A DNA stretch of 64,000 nt, taken from Acidobacteriota bacterium (GTDB taxonomy: Bacteria > Acidobacteriota > Blastocatellia > UBA7656). Every line of letters starts with the position of its first letter. Positions within the stretch are counted from its first letter, which is position 1. This document shows positions 57,258 to 64,000 of this stretch, piece after piece. The stretch is from NCBI GenBank assembly GCA_040754075.1, contig JBFMDH010000017.1, positions 50,585 through 114,584 on the forward strand. Reading direction: 5' to 3'. Position numbers and translations under genes: made by a program. The notes beneath the pieces were generated by a model. The model was not told the DNA's origin. It did no database searches and saw nothing but the letters and a program-made list of their open reading frames with translations.

Positions 57258-57632
57258 ATGCAAGAGAAAAAAGCCACCTGGTACAGATGGGAAGACCTGC
57301 CAAAAGAGCCATTAACCGAAACCCTGTCGCGCCGTTTGATTTGCAGCGAGCGCATGATGCTCGCCCACGTTTACCTCGATAAAGGCAGCATCGTTCCCAA
57401 ACATTCACATGAAAACGAACAGATTACTTATATCCTCAAAGGCGCACTCAGATTCTGGTTCGGCGAAAATGGCGAAGAGGTGATTGATGTGCGCGCCGGT
57501 GAAGTGCTTACTATTCCTTCGCATCTGCCGCATCGAGCCGAAGCATTGGAAGATACCCTCGATGTAGATATTTTCTGTCCGCCGCGTCAGGATTGGCTCG
57601 ATAAAACCGATGATTATCTGAGGCAGAAATAA
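57258..57632 (+). CDS. cupin-domain protein
   Basis: Start ATG 57258 is preceded by GAAGGAG. Cupin motifs PKHSHENEQITYILKG and IPSHLPHRAEA. Confidence 0.7.
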   Translation: MQEKKATWYRWEDLPKEPLTETLSRRLICSERMMLAHVYLDKGSIVPKHSHENEQITYILKGALRFWFGENGEEVIDVRAGEVLTIPSHLPHRAEALEDTLDVDIFCPPRQDWLDKTDDYLRQK

Positions 57633-57635
57633 ACG

Positions 57636-58427
57636 ATGGATTTGGGACTCACAAACAAAGTCGCGTTAGTTGCCGCCGCCAGTCGCGGACTCGGACGCGC
57701 GGTTGCCGAAGAACTCGCGCAGGAAGGCGCATCGCTCATTTTATGCGCGCGCGGCGAAAAATTGCTTGAGGAAACCTGCGAAGCGATTGAGCGAAAAACT
57801 AATGTGCAAGTTATTGGTATCGCCGCAGACCTCTCCATAACGACAGAAGTTGAGCGCGTTGTCAGTCTTGGGCTTGAACGCTTCAACCGGATTGATATTT
57901 TGGTCACCAATGTTGGCGGTCCGCCTGCGGGTCAGTTTGAAACACTTTCGCCGCAGATGTGGGAAGACGCGACGCGATTATTACTCACCAGCGTGTTGGA
58001 TTTAACCCGGCTCACCTTGCCACAAATGAAAGCCCGTGGCTGGGGGCGCATCCTGAACATCACGTCGATTGCCGTCAAACAACCGGTGGCAAATTTGATG
58101 TTGTCGAACAGTTTGCGCGCCGCCGTTACAGGCTTTGCGCGAACCCTGGCGAATGAAGTCGCGACCTTCGGCATCACCGTGAATAACATCCTGCCCGGCT
58201 ATACGCGAACCGAGCGCGTCGAACAACTCGCTCAGGCGGTTGCTGCAAAAGATGGGGTCACGCCCGAAGAAGTTTATGCCCGTTGGGAAGCCGAAATCCC
58301 GATGAAGCGGATTGGCGAACCACGCGAGTTCGCCGCGCTTGCTGCCTTCTTGGTATCCGAACGCGCCAGTTATATCACCGGCTCGTCGATTGCCGTCGAT
58401 GGCGGCTGGATTCGTTCGTTGTTGTGA
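57636..58427 (+). CDS. short-chain dehydrogenase/reductase (FabG-like)
   Basis: 263 aa. The cofactor motif is the variant VAAASRGLGRAV; also an NVGG motif and a C-terminal YITGSSIAVDGG. It lies 3 nt after the cupin gene. Confidence 0.8.
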   Translation: MDLGLTNKVALVAAASRGLGRAVAEELAQEGASLILCARGEKLLEETCEAIERKTNVQVIGIAADLSITTEVERVVSLGLERFNRIDILVTNVGGPPAGQFETLSPQMWEDATRLLLTSVLDLTRLTLPQMKARGWGRILNITSIAVKQPVANLMLSNSLRAAVTGFARTLANEVATFGITVNNILPGYTRTERVEQLAQAVAAKDGVTPEEVYARWEAEIPMKRIGEPREFAALAAFLVSERASYITGSSIAVDGGWIRSLL

Positions 58428-58492
58428 CGGCAGATTTTGACATCACGATTATCACGACGCCCCGAATTGCCTTTCATCAAAGCAAAAAGAGA

Positions 58493-58590
58493 ATTCGGAA
58501 CAAACGGAAATAACTAAACAAACGGCAGCAGCTAAAGATTTTTTTTCCGTCTGTTCGGTATTTCCTTGTTGTGTACGCTTCCTGTTTGGA
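58493..58590. repeat. inverted-repeat element of the CGGAACAAA/CGGAAATAA family, located between convergent genes
   Basis: Left arm is attcggaacaaacggaaataactaaacaaacgg (58493-58525). Right arm is ccgtctgttcggtatttccttgttgtgtacgcttcctgtttgg (58547-58590), an imperfect complement. Confidence 0.75.
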
Positions 58591-58598
58591 TTTCTCTT

Positions 58599-58877
58599 TT
58601 ATTCGACAACTACGCCGCGCCAGAATGCCACGTGGTCTTTGATTTCAGCGGCGGCGTCTTTCGGTTGCGGGTAATACCACGCGGCATCTTTGTTGACTTC
58701 GCCGTTCACCACGACATTGTAATAACTCGCTTCGCCTTTCCAGGGACAGGTGCTGTGCGTGTTGCTCGGTTGGAAATATTCTTTATTGATGGATTCAGCA
58801 GGAAAATAATGATTGCCTTCGACCACCACCGTGTCATCGCTTTCGGCTAACGTTACACCATTCCATTTCGCTTTCAT
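58599..58877 (-). CDS. DUF427-domain protein
   Basis: 92 aa. AESDDTVVVEGNHYFP and CPWKGEASYY motifs are characteristic of DUF427. Confidence 0.7.
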   Translation of the reverse strand: MKAKWNGVTLAESDDTVVVEGNHYFPAESINKEYFQPSNTHSTCPWKGEASYYNVVVNGEVNKDAAWYYPQPKDAAAEIKDHVAFWRGVVVE

Positions 58878-59036
58878 TGCCCTACCTCTTTAAATAATTC
58901 TTTCAATCAATAAATAGGTTTACCGATTTGGCGGTAAAATGCAAAACGGTTTTCTGCCCGCAACCCTTTGCCTTTCCGCCTTGAAGATTTCTCCGTAAAA
59001 GTTAAATGTCCGTCATTGGATGGTAAAAATTATTCT

Positions 59037-59100
59037 CGGATGAGGCGGATGAAACGGATAAAACGGATTCAAGAAAATCCGCCCAATCTGCCGAATCCCA
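59037..59100. repeat. tandem-unit element of the CGGATnnA / AATCCGCC family
   Basis: cggatgaggcggatgaaacggataaaacggattcaagaaaatccgcccaatctgccgaatccca. ggcggat pairs with atccgcc, and cggatt pairs with aatccg. Confidence 0.65.
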
Positions 59101-59222
59101 AGTTAAAATTTCGCCTTTAATCGTCGCGGATTTTACTTAACGAGAAACAACTCACTTGATGAAATGAATCGTCAATGTGTGTCACTCGTCACCTTGCAAG
59201 GCATCGTGTACAATGCACGGCG

Positions 59223-61904
59223 ATGTTTGCAGAAGTCGCTGTCCCGGTTTTCATTCGTCAAACCTTTACCTATCGCCTGCCCGGTGATATGGCGCGGCGC
59301 GCCCAAATCGGCTGTCGCGTCGTGGTTCCCTTCAATAAAAAATTACTCACCGGATTCATCGTCGCTTTGCCCGAAAATCTCGAAGGCGAATATCCCACAA
59401 TGGAAATTCGCGATGTCGAAGAGTTGATTGACGAAACCCCGGTTATCGAACGCGAGATGCTCGCGCTCACCCGTTGGATGAGCGATTATTACTATGCCGC
59501 GTGGGGCGAATGCATTCGCGCTGCACTGCCCGCTGGCGCAGCGGTTGCTACCGAACAGATGCTCACCATCACCGATGCCGGACGCAGCGAACTCGCCAAT
59601 TTTTCCGGCGGCTTCGCGTGGTCTTCAACCAAACATCAAGCCCTTGAACTCCTATTCAATCTCGGCACCTTGAATGTCAAAGAACTCGAACGTCAACTGC
59701 CGAAAACCCAGGTCGCCTCCCTGGTTCGCACGCTGCGTCACGCGGGACTCGTAAGCATTACGCAACGCGCCGGCGAGTCCAGACTGAAACCGAAAATGCA
59801 GAATGCGGTACGATTAAAAAGTCTGGAGTCTGGAGTCCGGTGTCCGGTGTCGGAAGAGAGCAGGCAGCAGGCAGCAGGCAGTCGGCAGTTTGAGGATTCA
59901 GGATTCAGGATTCAGGATTCAGCACCTACTGATTTAATCAATGGCAATGGTCATCAGACGAATGATGCACCGGTTTCAAGTGAACCGACGACGCCAAAAT
60001 CAAACGACGACTCAGCGAAAAAAGGTCGCAAGCGGACTCCAGACTCCAGACTCCAGACTCCAGACTCGACGGCGAAGCCGATAACCGAACAACAACAACG
60101 GGTCATCGCTTTGCTTGAAGAGACCGACGAAGCGATTGCCCTCAGTGAACTCTTGGAACAGGCACAGGTTTCTTCATCAGTTGTTCGCACATTGGAAAAA
60201 CGCGGCATCGTCGAGGTCTTTGCCCGCGAAGTGCGCCGCGACCCGCTCGCCCATATTAAAAGTCAACAACTCTCGCTCGTCACGCTTAACGATGAACAGC
60301 AAGAGGCGCTTGATAAGATTCTCAAACAGATTCACGCGCGCCAGTATGGAACTTTTCTTTTGCACGGCGTCACCGGCAGCGGCAAAACCGAAATCTACAT
60401 TCGCGCTATGCTTGAAGCCACTCGTCAAGGACTCGGGGCATTGATGCTGATTCCTGAGATTGCATTGACGCCGATGTTTTCACGAAGACTGCGCGCGCAT
60501 TTTGGCGATGCGGTTGCCATTTTGCATTCGAGTTTGTCTGATGGCGAACGCATGGATGAATGGCGGCGCATTAAAGAAGGCGAAGCCCGCGTCGTCATCG
60601 GCACGCGCTCGGCGGTCTTTGCGCCGATTGAAAACCTGGGCGTCATCATCATCGACGAAGAACACGAAACCACTTACAAACAGGACGAATCGCCGCGCTA
60701 TCACGGGCGCGACACCGCGATAATGCGCGCTGTGCATAACCAGGCTGTCGTGGTCATTGGTTCGGCAACCCCTTCGCTTGAATCGTTTCATAACGCGCAC
60801 ATCGGCAAATACACCTACATTCGCTTGCAGACGCGCTATGGCAATCGTCCGCTTGCCGATGTGCAGACCGTCGATATGCGCGAGGTATTTAAAAAATACG
60901 GCAAGCAGCAGACCTTTTCCGATGAACTCAAACAGGCGATTAGTGAAACCTTTGAACGCAAAGAGCAGGCGATTATTTTGCTCAATCGTCGCGGCTATTC
61001 ATCGTTTGCGTTGTGCCGCACTTGTGGCGAAGCCTTGAAATGTATCAACTGTGATGTGACGCTCACCTATCATCGCTACAACACCAGTTTGATTTGTCAT
61101 TATTGCAATTATATGCGACCGGCGCCGAAAACCTGTCCGCATTGCGACGGGCAATACATTCAATATGTCGGCGAAGGCACAGAGCAAATCGAAGCCAAAT
61201 TGAAAGAGATGTTTCCTGAAATGAGCATCGCGCGCGTAGACCGCGACACCACGCGCAAACGCGGCAGCCTCGAACATCTGCTCATGGAATTTTCTTCGGG
61301 GGCGATTGATCTGCTGGTCGGCACGCAGATACTCGCCAAAGGTCATGACTTTCATAATGTGACTTTGGTTGGGGTGATTTCGGTTGATGTCGGTTTGTCC
61401 TTGCCGGATTTTCGTTCGGCGGAACGGACGTTTCAATTGCTCACCCAGGTGGCAGGTCGCGCCGGTCGCGGAAGCCTTCCGGGTCGCGTGATTATTCAAA
61501 CTTACCATCCCGAAAATTACGCCCTGCAATGCGCCAAGGCGCAGGATTACGAAGAGTTTTATTTGCGCGAAATCAGTTTTCGCCGGTCGATGCACTACCC
61601 GCCGTTTATGGCGCTCATAAATATCAACGTGCGCGATAAGGATTTTGAGCGCGCCAACGCGGCGGCGATGGATTTATCGCGGGAGTTGCGCGAAGTCGCA
61701 AAAGACGGAAGCCTGAGAATTTTAGGTCCCGCGCCCGCGCCGATTGCCCGCATCAAAGGCGACCACCGCTTTCAGATTTTAATCAAAGCCCGCAGCCGCA
61801 AACGCGCCCGCGAAGCTTTGGATTTCGCCATGCATCGGGTGATAAATGCCGGTCACAACCCGCGCTGCTTTTCCGTCGAAGTCGACCCCATCAGTTTGAT
61901 GTGA
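59223..61904 (+). CDS. priA: primosomal protein N' (PriA helicase) carrying an ~83-codon low-complexity insertion
   Basis: Start ATG 59223 ([20 protein letters not shown], typical PriA N-terminus). Walker [14 protein letters not shown] box IIIDEEHE, and a Cys-rich zinc region [20 protein letters not shown]...CHYCNY...CPHCDG. Confidence 0.9.
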   Translation: MFAEVAVPVFIRQTFTYRLPGDMARRAQIGCRVVVPFNKKLLTGFIVALPENLEGEYPTMEIRDVEELIDETPVIEREMLALTRWMSDYYYAAWGECIRAALPAGAAVATEQMLTITDAGRSELANFSGGFAWSSTKHQALELLFNLGTLNVKELERQLPKTQVASLVRTLRHAGLVSITQRAGESRLKPKMQNAVRLKSLESGVRCPVSEESRQQAAGSRQFEDSGFRIQDSAPTDLINGNGHQTNDAPVSSEPTTPKSNDDSAKKGRKRTPDSRLQTPDSTAKPITEQQQRVIALLEETDEAIALSELLEQAQVSSSVVRTLEKRGIVEVFAREVRRDPLAHIKSQQLSLVTLNDEQQEALDKILKQIHARQYGTFLLHGVTGSGKTEIYIRAMLEATRQGLGALMLIPEIALTPMFSRRLRAHFGDAVAILHSSLSDGERMDEWRRIKEGEARVVIGTRSAVFAPIENLGVIIIDEEHETTYKQDESPRYHGRDTAIMRAVHNQAVVVIGSATPSLESFHNAHIGKYTYIRLQTRYGNRPLADVQTVDMREVFKKYGKQQTFSDELKQAISETFERKEQAIILLNRRGYSSFALCRTCGEALKCINCDVTLTYHRYNTSLICHYCNYMRPAPKTCPHCDGQYIQYVGEGTEQIEAKLKEMFPEMSIARVDRDTTRKRGSLEHLLMEFSSGAIDLLVGTQILAKGHDFHNVTLVGVISVDVGLSLPDFRSAERTFQLLTQVAGRAGRGSLPGRVIIQTYHPENYALQCAKAQDYEEFYLREISFRRSMHYPPFMALININVRDKDFERANAAAMDLSRELREVAKDGSLRILGPAPAPIARIKGDHRFQILIKARSRKRAREALDFAMHRVINAGHNPRCFSVEVDPISLM
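59820..60068. repeat. composite tandem-heptamer inverted-repeat element inserted in frame within priA
   Basis: Left arm is agtctggagtctggagtccggtgtccggtgtcgg (59820-59853). Then come gcaggca x3 + gtcggca (about 59860-59887) and ggattca x4 (59893-59921). Right arm is cggactccagactccagactccagactccagactcg (60033-60068), the reverse complement of the left arm. The span is 249 nt, or 83 codons, by my boundaries. Confidence 0.85.
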
Positions 61905-62053
61905 CGATTGATAAGCAAATAAACGGCTCAATTAGAAGTAAAGTCTATGAGAGAGCAAGTACAAAACTAACATCAAAGAGAATCCCTGAACTCTCCAGAC
62001 GATTATATTGTGAGGAACAGCGACAATTAACAAAGAGGCGTTCTCAAATTACT

Positions 62054-62326
62054 ATGCTTTATATGGTTGTTGAAAAATTTAAGCCGGGTGCGGCGGTTGA
62101 ACTGTATCGTCGCGCAACTACGCAGGGGCGAATGTTACCGGATGGCTTGGCGTATGTTGCGAGTTGGGTTGATCTAAAGTTCAATACCTGTTTTCAACTC
62201 ATGGAAACCGATAACGAGAATTTGTTTGATGAATGGATTCGCCATTGGCAAGACCTCGCCGAGTTTGAAATCGTTGCGGTGCGCACTTCTGCCGAAGCCT
62301 TTGAAGTCATCGCCCCGCGTCTGTGA
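62054..62326 (+). CDS. DUF3303-like small protein
   Basis: ORF trimmed to ATG 62054. MLYMVVEKFKPGAAVELYRR...YVASWVD...CFQLMETD matches the DUF3303 pattern from memory. Confidence 0.55.
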   Translation: MLYMVVEKFKPGAAVELYRRATTQGRMLPDGLAYVASWVDLKFNTCFQLMETDNENLFDEWIRHWQDLAEFEIVAVRTSAEAFEVIAPRL

Positions 62327-62528
62327 TTGGTGTGGACAAGGTTCAGAGGTTGATACGCAAAACCACCGCCCGGTATATCAACTTGAATGGTGAGCGGGTA
62401 ATTTTCCGTCAGTAAATCTGGTAAACATAATTTTTCATCGCGTAAAAAAATGGCGTAACTTTCATCGCATTTACAGGGGTTTTTGATATGATTGGCTTGC
62501 ACTTTCTACTTCACAAAGGAGACCGATT

Positions 62529-63674
62529 ATGAATTGTCCGAAATGCAGCGCAATGGTTCCCGATGGTTATAAATTCTGCGTCAATTGCGGCAACCCGATG
62601 GCGACAACGACTGCGCCGGTTGGTTCGCAACCGCCGGCAACGCCACCCGCAGAGCAACCTCCGCAAGCGAGCTATCCGCAACCGCCTTATGACCCGGCGG
62701 CTTATCAACAACAGCAAGGTCAATACGGCTATCCACCGCAAGGCGGACAACAGGGCTACGACCCGAACCAGTATGGCTACGGGCAACAGGGCTATGGACA
62801 ACAGGGCGGACAGCAGGGTTACGGGCAACAAGGATATGACCCGGCGGCTTATCAACAGCAGCAACAACAGTATCAGCAACAGGGTTACGGACAACAAGGC
62901 AGTCAGCAAGGAAGCGCTCACGGCATTCACATTGACGCCGATGGTCGCGGCAGCGGACGCGGTTACAGTTACGAGATATTGCATCAACCGGCGTTTTCGC
63001 TTGCGGTCGTACAACTCCAAGCCGAACAATCCATCCTCGCCGAAGCGGGCGCGATGGTTTCCATGTCCGCCAATGTCGAATTGCAATCGCAGATGAAAGG
63101 CGGAATGATGGGCGCATTAAAACGCATGGTCGGCGGTGAATCGGCATTCGTTTCAACCTTCACCGCAAGAGGCGGCCCCGGCGAAGTGGCGTTTGCACCG
63201 GGCGCACCCGGCGACATCGCGGCGCTGGAACTCAACAATCAGGCGTTTTATGTGCAGTCGAGTTCTTACATGGCTGGCGATGCCAGTTTGACCGTCGACA
63301 CCAAATGGGGCGGCGCAAAATCGTTTTTCGGCGGCGAAGGGTTGTTTGTTTTGCAGGTCTATGGAACGGGACTTTTGCTGGTCTCTTCATACGGCGCGAT
63401 TCATCGCAAACGGCTTGCGCCCGGCGAACGTTACGTCGTTGACACCGGACATCTGGTCGCCTGGGAAGGCACAACGCAATATCAACTGAGAAAAGCGGCG
63501 GCGGGATTTTTCCGAAGCCTGGTGAGCGGCGAAGGCATCGTCGCGGAATTTATGGGACCCGGCGAAATCTTGATTCAAACGCGGAACCTGGCGGCGCTCG
63601 CAGGCATTTTGAAACCCTTCTTCCCGTCACAAGGCGGCGGTGGCGGCGGCTTCAATATGAGTTTCGGTTCATAG
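62529..63674 (+). CDS. zinc-ribbon + Gln/Gly/Tyr-rich low-complexity region + AIM24 (DUF124/TIGR00266) domain protein
   Basis: AAGGAGA RBS. The N-terminal zinc ribbon is CPKCSAMVPDGYKFCVNCG. About 110 aa of QQGYGQQG-type repeats follow, then an AIM24-like core (YEILHQPAFSLAVVQL...AEAGAMVSM...GEGLFVLQVYGTG...). Confidence 0.75.
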   Translation: MNCPKCSAMVPDGYKFCVNCGNPMATTTAPVGSQPPATPPAEQPPQASYPQPPYDPAAYQQQQGQYGYPPQGGQQGYDPNQYGYGQQGYGQQGGQQGYGQQGYDPAAYQQQQQQYQQQGYGQQGSQQGSAHGIHIDADGRGSGRGYSYEILHQPAFSLAVVQLQAEQSILAEAGAMVSMSANVELQSQMKGGMMGALKRMVGGESAFVSTFTARGGPGEVAFAPGAPGDIAALELNNQAFYVQSSSYMAGDASLTVDTKWGGAKSFFGGEGLFVLQVYGTGLLLVSSYGAIHRKRLAPGERYVVDTGHLVAWEGTTQYQLRKAAAGFFRSLVSGEGIVAEFMGPGEILIQTRNLAALAGILKPFFPSQGGGGGGFNMSFGS

Positions 63675-63682
63675 AGAAAGAT

Positions 63683-63727
63683 AAAAAATAATCGCCGAAC
63701 AGACACTTGATTCGGCGATTATTTTTA
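63683..63727. terminator. bidirectional rho-independent terminator between convergent genes
   Basis: Stem aataatcgccgaa/ttcggcgattatt, flanked by aaaaa on the left and ttttt on the right. Confidence 0.75.
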
Positions 63728-63769
63728 TAAAGATTGCATCGCCTTTTATTCATTTAGTGAAACGTTGAT

Positions 63770-64000
63770 TCACTGAATGCCGATTTCGGTTTTGATAAAT
63801 TCTTTCACCCCTTTATTGCCCGTGAGCCGCAACCACAGCGGCTTATCTTCGCCTGCCGCTTCAATCTCAAAAGTGAAAAACGGACAACAACGCCGCTCGC
63901 GGGAAATAAATTCGGCAACCGCCATCAAGGTTTTACTGTCGCCGGGAAAACCTATCGCGTACCCGTTGTCGAGTTCGCGCACCGCTTGTTTTGCTGCCTG
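63770..64000 (-). CDS. partial CDS: hypothetical protein with an RERRCCPFFTF motif; the N-terminus lies beyond the window
   Basis: Stop TGA at 63770-63772. The frame stays open to base 64000, so the GTG at 63982 reported in the ORF track need not be the start. No family assigned. Confidence 0.5.
   Translation of the reverse strand, partial: QAAKQAVRELDNGYAIGFPGDSKTLMAVAEFISRERRCCPFFTFEIEAAGEDKPLWLRLTGNKGVKEFIKTEIGIQ

Noticed and set aside
1274-60068. Whether the short tandem repeats could be CRISPR arrays
   Set aside because: The units are only 7-9 nt, directly adjacent with no spacers, and arranged as inverted arms. No cas genes are in the window.
62511-63156. Three long overlapping ORFs (62511..63086 -, 62563..63096 +, 62581..63156 -) across the Q/G/Y-rich region
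   Set aside because: They are alternative-frame and antisense readings of a low-complexity CAG/CAA/GGC-rich repeat. Their translations are Arg/Leu/Ser-rich nonsense. The 62529..63674 frame has a strong RBS and recognisable zinc-ribbon and AIM24 domains.

Overview
This is a gene-dense 64-kb chromosomal segment of roughly 50% GC by eye. I support about 52 protein-coding genes and one tRNA. On reading I saw no rRNA, CRISPR array, transposase, integrase or phage genes. The gene content suggests an Acidobacteriota-like soil bacterium, which is a low-certainty inference: two TonB-dependent receptors with CarboxypepD_reg-type N-termini, an ECF sigma factor paired with a Ser/Thr kinase-TolB-propeller fusion, Tat-signal TIM-barrel isomerases, a GMC oxidoreductase and an exosortase H. 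Recognisable modules are: DUF3311 + SSS symporter + MFS; a MATE transporter; xylFGH; malQ; rfbBD; a CHRD protein + XrtH + membrane-protein module; NfeD + SPFH; a hybrid histidine kinase; a cluster of Rrf2 regulator, GltD-like Fe-S flavoprotein, Tat-Rieske protein and outer-membrane barrel; tRNA-Met(CAU); GH30; APC permease + AhpD-like gene; priA; and a zinc-ribbon/QGY/AIM24 protein. Four observations stand out. (1) Hairpin elements whose arms are tandem 7-9 nt units fill many intergenic gaps, sit between the cistrons of xylFGH, and in two cases lie in frame inside coding sequence (priA and the 5' end of a beta-propeller gene). (2) An AhpD/CMD-family gene is split in the ORF track by an in-frame TGA exactly at the second Cys of the CxxC motif, with a hairpin 11 nt downstream, so it is a probable selenoprotein. 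(3) In the compact exosortase-H module, the IPTLxxWG-type sorting signal of the CHRD substrate is internal rather than C-terminal, and the partner membrane protein carries a SEC-C tail. (4) An Rrf2-linked redox cluster pairs a signal-less Fe-S flavoprotein with a Tat-signal Rieske protein and a porin. All function calls come from motif recognition by eye. No database search was run.
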